DNA of 43,262 nt from Macrostomum lignano (lineage: Eukaryota): assembly GCA_002269645.1 (NCBI GenBank), contig NIVC01004527.1:1-43262 (forward strand), in the 5' to 3' direction. Position 1 is the first letter of the stretch; every line of letters begins with the position of its first letter. Both the position numbers and the translations under genes were made by a program. Shown here in pieces: positions 33,501-43,262 of the stretch. The notes beneath the pieces are model-generated. The model saw nothing but the letters and a program-made list of their open reading frames with translations, did no database searches and was not told the origin of the DNA.

Positions 33501-36500
33501 AATCAGTATTGTCCCAATAAGTGCGACCCAACAAATGCTGTTCAAAAAATAAGCCTGGCTGCAATGTCCCAATAAATGCCCAACAAATTACTAGCCTTGA
33601 ACTAGGCTGGGCTGTGTTTACTATTCATTGCGTTTGTAGCTTGTGTCCCAACAATGCCACTGAGATGTTGCATTGCTTTTGAATTGTGCTCTACCAGGTA
33701 ACACAAGTACTCTGGTGTACAATACTTCTACAGCAGATAATACTCACCCAAAACAGATCGTCTCTTTCTCTTTAATCCTGTGCCGGACGGGTTTTCTTCA
33801 GATCCACCAGAAAATTCACAAATAGACTGACTGCCTGCAGGATAGCGGCTGCTGCTGCTGCGGCTTGTGAGCAGCAAGTGAACTAAATGACGGATGCAGC
33901 GGCGAGATCAGAATGCTCGCTGCTGATCGTTAAAGCGCATTCTTGTCTCTTAGGCATGTCGCTGGCGTTGCTGACTTCAGAAGCTGTGAGGAAAAGAAAT
34001 CAATTAAGATAGGCTTGCTTTAGTAATCATTAATAGGCTATAAAGGAACCCTTTAATAGAACGTGTTCAACTAATGCTGGGTCTGTTTTGAAAAGTCAGA
34101 ACTCAGAAGTAGTCGCGATTAGAATCAGTATTGTCCCAATAAGTGCGACCCAACAAATGCTGTTCAAAAAATAAGCCTGGCTGCAATGTCCCAATAAATG
34201 CCCAACAAATTACTAGCCTTGAACTAGGCTGGGCTGTGTTTACTATTCATTGCGTTTGTAGCTTGTGTCCCAACAATGCCACTGAGATGTTGCATTGCTT
34301 TTGAATTGTGCTCTACCAGGTAACACAAGTACTCTGGTGTACAATACTTCTACAGAAGATAATACTCACCCAAAACAGATCGTCTCTTTCTCTTTAATCC
34401 TGTGCCGGACGGGTTTTCTTCAGATCCACCAGAAAATTCACAAATAGACTGACTGCCTGCACGGATAGCGGCTGCTGCTGCTGCGGCTTGTGAGCAGCAA
34501 GTGAACTAAATGACGGATGCAGCGGCGAGATCAGAATGCTCGCTGCTGATCGTTAAAGCGCATTCTTGTCTCTTAGGCATGTCGCTGGCGTTGCTGACTT
34601 CAGAAGCTGTGAGGAAAAGAAATCAATTAAGATAGGCTTGCTTTAGTAATCATTAATAGGCTATAAAGGAACCCTTTAATAGAACGTGTTCAACTAATGC
34701 TGGGTCTGTTTTGAAAAGTCAGAACTCAGAAGTAGTCGCGATTAGAATCAGTATTGTCCCAATAAGTGCGACCCAACAAATGCTGTTCAAAAAATAAGCC
34801 TGGCTGCAATGTCCCAATAAATGCCCAACAAATTACTAGCCTTGAACTAGGCTGGGCTGTGTTTACTATTCATTGCGTTTGTAGCTTGTGTCCCAACAAT
34901 GCCACTGAGATGTTGCATTGCTTTTGAATTGTGCTCTACCAGGTAACACAAGTACTCTGGTGTACAATACTTCTACAGCAGATAATACTCACCCAAAACA
35001 GATCGTCTCTTTCTCTTTAATCCTGTGCCGGACGGGTTTTCTTCAGATCCACCAGAAAATTCACAAATAGACTGACTGCCTGCAAGGATAGCGGCTGCTG
35101 CTGCTGCGGCTTGTGAGCAGCAAGTGAACTAAATGACGGATGCAGCGGCGAGATCAGAATGCTCGCTGCTGATCGTTAAAGCGCATTCTTGTCTCTTAGG
35201 CATGTCGCTGGCGTTGCTGACTTCAGAAGCTGTGAGGAAAAGAAATCAATTAAGATAGGCTTGCTTTAGTAATCATTAATAGGCTATAAAGGAACCCTTT
35301 AATAGAACGTGTTCAACTAATGCTGGGTCTGTTTTGAAAAGTCAGAACTCAGAAGTAGTCGCGATTAGAATCAGTATTGTCCCAATAAGTGCGACCCAAC
35401 AAATGCTGTTCAAAAAATAAGCCTGGCTGCAATGTCCCAATAAATGCCCAACAAATTACTAGCCTTGAACTAGGCTGGGCTGTGTTTACTATTCATTGCG
35501 TTTGTAGCTTGTGTCCCAACAATGCCACTGAGATGTTGCATTGCTTTTGAATTGTGCTCTACCAGGTAACACAAGTACTCTGGTGTACAATACTTCTACA
35601 GAGATAATACTCACCCAAAACAGATCGTCTCTTTCTCTTTAATCCTGTGCCGGACGGGTTTTCTTCAGATCCACCAGAAAATTCACAAATAGACTGACTG
35701 CCTGCACGGATAGCGGCTGCTGCTGCTGCGGCTTGTGAGCAGCAAGTGAACTAAATGACGGATGCAGCGGCGAGATCAGAATGCTCGCTGCTGATCGTTA
35801 AAGCGCATTCTTGTCTCTTAGGCATGTCGCTGGCGTTGCTGACTTCAGAAGCTGTGAGGAAAAGAAATCAATTAAGATAGGCTTGCTTTAGTAATCATTA
35901 ATAGGCTATAAAGGAACCCTTTAATAGAACGTGTTCAACTAATGCTGGGTCTGTTTTGAAAAGTCAGAACTCAGAAGTAGTCGCGATTAGAATCAGTATT
36001 GTCCCAATAAGTGCGACCCAACAAATGCTGTTCAAAAAATAAGCCTGGCTGCAATGTCCCAATAAATGCCCAACAAATTACTAGCCTTGAACTAGGCTGG
36101 GCTGTGTTTACTATTCATTGCGTTTGTAGCTTGTGTCCCAACAATGCCACTGAGATGTTGCATTGCTTTTGAATTGTGCTCTACCAGGTAACACAAGTAC
36201 TCTGGTGTACAATACTTCTACAGCAGATAATACTCACCCAAAACAGATCGTCTCTTTCTCTTTAATCCTGTGCCGGACGGGTTTTCTTCAGATCCACCAG
36301 AAAATTCACAAATAGACTGACTGCCTGCACGGATAGCGGCTGCTGCTGCTGCTGCTGCTGCTGTTGTGAGCAGCAAGTGAACTAAATGACGGATGCAGCG
36401 GCGAGATCAGAATGCTCGCTGCTGATCGTTAAAGCGCATTCTTGTCTCTTAGGCATGTCGCTGGCGTTGCTGACTTCAGAAGCTGTGAGGAAAAGAAATC

Positions 36501-39500
36501 AATTAAGATAGGCTTGCTTTAGTAATCATTAATAGGCTATAAAGGAACCCTTTAATAGAACGTGTTCAACTAATGCTGGGTCTGTTTTGAAAAGTCAGAA
36601 CTCAGAAGTAGTCGCGATTAGAATCAGTATTGTCCCAATAAGTGCGACCCAACAAATGCTGTTCAAAAAATAAGCCTGGCTGCAATGTCCCAATAAATGC
36701 CCAACAAATTACTAGCCTTGAACTAGGCTGGGCTGTGTTTACTATTCATTGCGTTTGTAGCTTGTGTCCCAACAATGCCACTGAGATGTTGCATTGCTTT
36801 TGAATTGTGCTCTACCAGTAACACAAGTACTCTGGTGTACAATACTTCTACAGCAGATAATACTCACCCAAAACAGATCGTCTCTTTCTCTTTAATCCTG
36901 TGCCGGACGGGTTTTCTTCAGATCCACCAGAAAATTCACAAATAGACTGACTGCCTGCACGGATAGCGGCTGCTGCTGCTGCGGCTTGTGAGCAGCAAGT
37001 GAACTAAATGACGGATGCAGCGGCGAGATCAGAATGCTCGCTGCTGATCGTTAAAGCGCATTCTTGTCTCTTAGGCATGTCGCTGGCGTTGCTGACTTCA
37101 GAAGCTGTGAGGAAAAGAAATCAATTAAGATAGGCTTGCTTTAGTAATCATTAATAGGCTATAAAGGAACCCTTTAATAGAACGTGTTCAACTAATGCTG
37201 GGTCTGTTTTGAAAAGTCAGAACTCAGAAGTAGTCGCGATTAGAATCAGTATTGTCCCAATAAGTGCGACCCAACAAATGCTGTTCAAAAAATAGGCCTG
37301 GCTGCAATGTCCCAATAAATGCCCAACAAATTACTAGCCTTGAGCTAGGCTGGGCTGTGTTTACTATTCATTGCGTTTGTAGCTTGTGTCCCAACAATGC
37401 CACTAAGATGTTGCATTGCTTTTGAATTGTGCTCTACCAGTAACACAAGTACTCTGGTGTACAATACTTCTACAGCAGATAATACTCACCCAAAACAGAT
37501 CGTCTCTTTCTCTTTAATCCTGTGCCGGACGGGTTTTCTTCAGATCCACCAGAAAATTCACAAATAGACTGACTGCCTGCACGGATAGCGGCTGCTGCTG
37601 CTGCGGCTTGTTGTGAGCAGCAAGTGAACTAAATGACGGATGCAGCGGCGAGATCAGAATGCTCGCTGCTGATCGTTAAAGCGCATTCTTGTCTCTTAGG
37701 CATGTCGCTGGCGTTGCTGACTTCAGAAGCTGCGAGGAAAAGAAATCAATTAAGATAGGCTTGCTTTAGTAATCATTAATAGGCTATAAAGGAACCCTTT
37801 AATAGAACGTGTTCAACTAATGCTGGGTCTGTTTTGAAAAGTCAGAACTCAGAAGTAGTCGCGATTAGAATCAGTATTGTCCCAATAAGTGCGACCCAAC
37901 AAATGCTGTTCAAAAAATAAGGCCTGGCTGCAATGTCCCAATAAATGCCCAACAAATTACTAGCCTTGAGCTAGGCTGGGCTGTGTTTACTATTCATTGC
38001 GTTTGTAGCTTGTGTCCCAACAATGCCACTGAGATTGTTGCATTGCTTTTGAATTGTGCTCTACCAGGTAACACAAGTACTCTGGTGTACAATACTTCTA
38101 CAGCAGATAATACTCACCCAAAACAGATCGTCTCTTTCTCTTTAATCCTGTGCCGGACGGGTTTTCTTCAGATCCACCAGAAAATTCACAAATAGACTGA
38201 CTGCCTGCACGGATAGCGGCTGCTGCTGCTGCGGCTTGTGAGCAGCAAGTGAACCAAATGACGGATGCAGCGGCGAGATCAGAATGCTCGCTGCTGATCG
38301 TTAAAGCGCATTCTTGTCTCTTAGGCATGTCGCTGGCGTTGCTGACTTCAGAAGCTGCGAGGAAAAGAAATCAATTAAGATAGGCTTGCTTTAGTAATCA
38401 TTAATAGGCTATAAAGGAACCCTTTAATAGAACGTGTTCAACTAATGCTGGGTCTGTTTTGAAAAGTCAGAACTCAGAAGTAGTCGCGATTAGAATCAGT
38501 ATTGTCCCAATAAGTGCGACCCAACAAATGCTGTTCAAAAAATAGGCCTGGCTGCAATGTCCCAATAAATGCCCAACAAATTACTAGCCTTGAGCTAGGC
38601 TGGGCTGTGTTTACTATTCATTGCGTTTGTAGCTTGTGTCCCAACAATGCCACTGAGATTGTTGCATTGCTTTTGAATTGTGCTCTACCAAGTAACACAA
38701 GTACTCTGGTGTACAATACTTCTACAGCAGATAATACTCACCCAAAACAGATCGTCTCTTTCTCTTTAATCCTGTGCCGGACGGGTTTTCTTCAGATCCA
38801 CCAGAAAATTCACAAATAGACTGACTGCCTGCACGGATAGCGGCTGCTGCTGCTGCGGCTTGTGAGCAGCAAGTGAACCAAATGACGGATGCAGCGGCGA
38901 GATCAGAATGCTCGCTGCTGATCGTTAAAGCGCATTCTTGTCTCTTAGGCATGTCGCTGGCGTGGCTGACTTCAGAATCTGCGAGGAAAAGAAATCAATT
39001 AAGATAGGCTTGCTTTAGTAATCATTAATAGGCTATAAAGGAACCCTTTAATAGAACGTGTTCAACTAATGCTGGGTCTGTTTTGAAAAGTCAGAACTCA
39101 GAAGTAGTCGCGATTAGAATCAGTATTGTCCCAATAAGTGCGACCCAACAAATGCTGTTCAAAAAATAGCCTGGCTGCAATGTCCCAATAAATGCCCAAC
39201 AAATTACTAGCCTTGAGCTAGGCTGGGCTGTGTTTACTATTCATTGCGTTTGTAGCTTGTGTCCCAACAATGCCACTGAGATTGTTGCATTGCTTTTGAA
39301 TTGTGCTCTACCAGGTAACACAAGTACTCTGGTGTACAATACTTCTACAGCAGATAATACTCACCCAAAACAGATCGTCTCTTTCTCTTTAATCCTGTGC
39401 CGGACGGGTTTTCTTCAGATCCACCAGAAAATTCACAAATAGACTGACTGCCTGCACGGATAGCGCTGCTGCTGCTGCTGCGGCTTGTGAGCAGCAAGTG

Positions 39501-42500
39501 AACCAAATGACGGATGCAGCGGCGAGATCAGAATGCTCGCTGCTGATCGTTAAAGCGCATTCTTGTCTCTTAGGCATGTCGCTGGCGTGGCTGACTTCAG
39601 AATCTGCGAGGAAAAGAAATCAATTAAGATAGGCTTGCTTTAGTAATCATTAATAGGCTATAAAGGAACCCTTTAATAGAACGTGTTCAACTAATGCTGG
39701 GTCTGTTTTGAAAAGTCAGAACTCAGAAGTAGTCGCGATTAGAATCAGTATTGTCCCAATAAGTGCGACCCAACAAATGCTGTTCAAAAAATAGGCCTGG
39801 CTGCAATGTCCCAATAAATGCCCAACAAATTACTAGCCTTGAGCTAGGCTGGGCTGTGTTTACTATTCATTGCGTTTGTAGCTTGTGTCCCAACAATGCC
39901 ACTGAGATTGTTGCATTGCTTTTGAATTGTGCTCTACCAGTAACACAAGTACTCTGGTGTACAATACTTCTACAGCAGATAATACTCACCCAAAACAGAT
40001 CGTCTCTTTCTCTTTAATCCTGTGCCGGACGGGTTTTCTTCAGATCCACCAGAAAATTCACAAATAGACTGACTGCCTGCACGGATAGCGGCTGCTGCTG
40101 CTGCGGCTTGTGAGCAGCAAGTGAACCAAATGACGGATGCAGCGGCGAGATCAGAATGCTCGCTGCTGATCGTTAAAGCGCATTCTTGTCTCTTAGGCAT
40201 GTCGCTGGCGTGGCTGACTTCAGAATCTGCGAGGAAAAGAAATCAATTAAGATAGGCTTGCTTTAGTAATCATTAATAGGCTATAAAGGAACCCTTTAAT
40301 AGAACGTGTTCAACTAATGCTGGGTCTGTTTTGAAAAGTCAGAACTCAGAAGTAGTCGCGATTAGAATCAGTATTGTCCCAATAAGTGCGACCCAACAAA
40401 TGCTGTTCAAAAAATAGGCCTGGCTGCAATGTCCCAATAAATGCCCAACAAATTACTAGCCTTGAGCTAGGCTGGGCTGTGTTTACTATTCATTGCGTTT
40501 GTAGCTTGTGTCCCAACAATGCCACTGAGATTGTTGCATTGCTTTTGAATTGTGCTCTACCAAGTAACACAAGTACTCTGGTGTACAATACTTCTACAGC
40601 AGATAATACTCACCCAAAACAGATCGTCTCTTTCTCTTTAATCCTGTGCCGGACGGGTTTTCTTCAGATCCACCAGAAAATTCACAAATAGACTGACTGC
40701 CTGCACGGATAGCGGCTGCTGCTGCTGCGGCTTGTGAGCAGCAAGTGAACCAAATGACGGATGCAGCGGCGAGATCAGAATGCTCGCTGCTGATCGTTAA
40801 AGCGCATTCTTGTCTCTTAGGCATGTCGCTGGCGTGGCTGACTTCAGAATCTGCGAGGAAAAGAAATCAATTAAGATAGGCTTGCTTTAGTAATCATTAA
40901 TAGGCTATAAAGGAACCCTTTAATAGAACGTGTTCAACTAATGCTGGGTCTGTTTTGAAAAGTCAGAACTCAGAAGTAGTCGCGATTAGAATCAGTATTG
41001 TCCCAATAAGTGCGACCCAACAAATGCTGTTCAAAAAATAGGCCTGGCTGCAATGTCCCAATAAATGCCCAACAAATTACTAGCCTTGAGCTAGGCTGGG
41101 CTGTGTTTACTATTCAATGCGTTTGTAGCTTGTGTCCCAACAATGCCACTGAGATTGTTGCATTGCTTTTGAATTGTGCTCTACCAAGTAACACAAGTAC
41201 TCTGGTGTACAATACTTCTACAGCAGATAATACTCACCCAAAACAGATCGTCTCTTTCTCTTTAATCCTGTGCCGGACGGGTTTTCTTCAGATCCACCAG
41301 AAAATTCACAAATAGACTGACTGCCTGCACGGATAGCGGCTGCTGCTGCTGCGGCTTGTGAGCAGCAAGTGAACCAAATGACGGATGCAGCGGCGAGATC
41401 AGAATGCTCGCTGCTGATCGTTAAAGCGCATTCTTGTCTCTTAGGCATGTCGCTGGCGTGGCTGACTTCAGAATCTGCGAGGAAAGAAATCAATTAAGAT
41501 AGGCTTGCTTTAGTAATCATTAATAGGCTATAAAGGAACCCTTTAATAGAACGTGTTCAACTAATGCTGGGTCTGTTTTGAAAAGTCAGAACTCAGAAGT
41601 AGTCGCGATTAGAATCAGTATTGTCCCAATAAGTGCGACCCAACAAATGCTGTTCAAAAAATAGGCCTGGCTGCAATGTCCCAATAAATGCCCAACAAAT
41701 TACTAGCCTTGAGCTAGGCTGGGCTGTGTTTACTATTCAATGCGTTTGTAGCTTGTGTCCCAACAATGCCACTGAGATTGTTGCATTGCTTTTGAATTGT
41801 GCTCTACCAAGTAACACAAGTACTCTGGTGTACAATACTTCTACAGCAGATAATACTCACCCAAAACAGATCGTCTCTTTCTCTTTAATCCTGTGCCGGA
41901 CGGGTTTTCTTCAGATCCACCAGAAAATTCACAAAGAGACTGACTGCCTGCACGGATAGCGGCTTGCTGCTGCTGCGGCTTGTGAGCAGCAAGTGAACCA
42001 AATGACGGATGCAGCGGCGAGATCAGAATGCTCGCTGCTGATCGTTAAAGCGCATTCTTGTCTCTTAGGCATGTCGCTGGCGTGGCTGACTTCAGAATCT
42101 GCGAGGAAAAGAAATCAATTAAGATAGGCTTGCCTTTAGTAATCATTAATAGGCTATAAAGGAACCCTTTAATAGAACGTGTTCAACTAATGCTGGGTCT
42201 GTTTTGAAAAGTCAGAACTCAGAAGTAGTCGCGATTAGAATCAGTATTGTCCCAATAAGTGCGACCCAACAAATGCTGTTCAAAAAATAGGCCTGGCTGC
42301 AATGTCCAATAAATGCCCAACAAATTACTAGCCTTGAGCTAGGCTGGGCTGTGTTTACTATTCAATGCGTTTGTAGCTTGTGTCCCAACAATGCCACTGA
42401 GATTGTTGCATTGCTTTTGAATTGTGCTCTACCAAGTAACACAAGTACTCTGGTGTACAATACTTCTACAGCAGATAATACTCACCCAAAACAGATCGTC

Positions 42501-43262
42501 TCTTTCTCTTTAATCCTGTGCCGGACGGGTTTTCTTCAGATCCACCAGAAAATTCACAAATAGACTGACTGCCTGCACGGATAGCGGCTGCTGCTGCTGC
42601 GGCTTGTGAGCAGCAAGTGAACCAAATGACGGATGCAGCGGCGAGATCAGAATGCTCGCTGCTGATCGTTAAAGCGCATTCTTGTCTCTTAGGCATGTCG
42701 CTGGCGTGGCTGACTTCAGAATCTGCGAGGAAAAGAAATCAATTAAGATAGGCTTGCTTTAGTAATCATTAATAGGCTATAAAGGAACCCTTTAATAGAA
42801 CGTGTTCAACTAATGCTGGGTCTGTTTTGAAAAGTCAGAACTCAGAAGTAGTCGCGATTAGAATCAGTATTGTCCCAATAAGTGCGACCCAACAAATGCT
42901 GTTCAAAAAATAGGCCTGGCTGCAATGTCCCAATAAATGCCCAACAAATTACTAGCCTTGAGCTAGGCTGGGCTGTGTTTACTATTCAATGCGTTTGTAG
43001 CTTGTGTCCCAACAATGCCACTGAGATTGTTGCATTGCTTTTGAATTGTGCTCTACCAAGTAACACAAGTACTCTGGTGTACAATACTTCTACAGCAGAT
43101 AATACTCACCCAAAACAGATCGTCTCTTTCTCTTTAATCCTGTGCCGGACGGGTTTTCTTCAGATCCACCAGAAAATTCACAAAGAGACTGACTGCCTGC
43201 ACGGATAGCGGCTGCTGCTGCTGCGGCTTGTGAGCAGCAAGTGAACCAAATGACGGATGCAG
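27540..43262. repeat. Tandem array of a ~624-bp unit, about 25 copies, running off the window end
   Basis: The anchor GATAGCGGCTGCTG recurs every ~622-640 bp from 27582 to ~43204. Copies are near-identical apart from (CTG)n length, scattered indels and a few diagnostic SNPs. Confidence 0.99.
38118..38354 (-). CDS. Representative putative exon inside the 624-bp unit (237 nt, phase 1-1)
   Basis: Acceptor TTAATTGATTTCTTTTCCTCGCAG| before 38354 and donor TTTTGG|GTGAGT after 38118. Open frame SEVSNASDMPKRQECALTISSEHSDLAAASVIWFTCCSQAAAAAAAIRAGSQSICEFSGGSEENPSGTGLKRKRRSVL. No transcript evidence. Confidence 0.4.

Noticed and set aside
38064-38071. TTACCTGG (minus strand) resembling the U1 snRNA 5' end; the array as an snRNA, SL RNA or 5S cluster
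   Set aside because: The match is only 8 nt and the rest does not resemble U1. I found no 5S, tRNA or spliced-leader (AUG|GU plus Sm site) pattern in the unit.
37983-43208. Plus-strand ORFs in the 624-bp array (MRPNKCCSK.../MFTIHCVCSL...)
   Set aside because: They appear or vanish with single-base indels, several begin at non-ATG codons, and they have no domain or splice support; likely incidental.

Overview
Repeat-rich animal (eukaryotic) genomic DNA, not prokaryotic. It has GT-AG introns, microsatellites, a tRNA-derived SINE, DNA transposons and non-LTR retrotransposon remnants; the style recalls a flatworm such as Macrostomum, but I cannot confirm the species. 0.8-12.2 kb: an 8-bp-TSD MITE, two copies of a Helitron-like repeat (one nested in a decayed mariner), a CORE-like SINE, low-complexity coding pieces and a broken two-TM ORF. 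13.3-19 kb: a spliced gene for a secreted AbfB/CBM42-like beta-trefoil protein, with two candidate signal-peptide exons and a 29/39-bp satellite in an intron. 23.4-26.4 kb, the best-supported highlight: an Ingi-like non-LTR retrotransposon with a 5' HDV-like ribozyme fold, a 2A motif (DVEKNPGP), three PHD-like fingers, an APE endonuclease and RNase H, but no reverse transcriptase. 27.5 kb to the window end: about 25 tandem copies of a ~624-bp unit. Each unit reads on the minus strand as one symmetric phase-1 exon plus one intron; the left 17 copies have an in-frame TAG where the right 9 have TGG. All annotation is by manual inspection; no searches were run.
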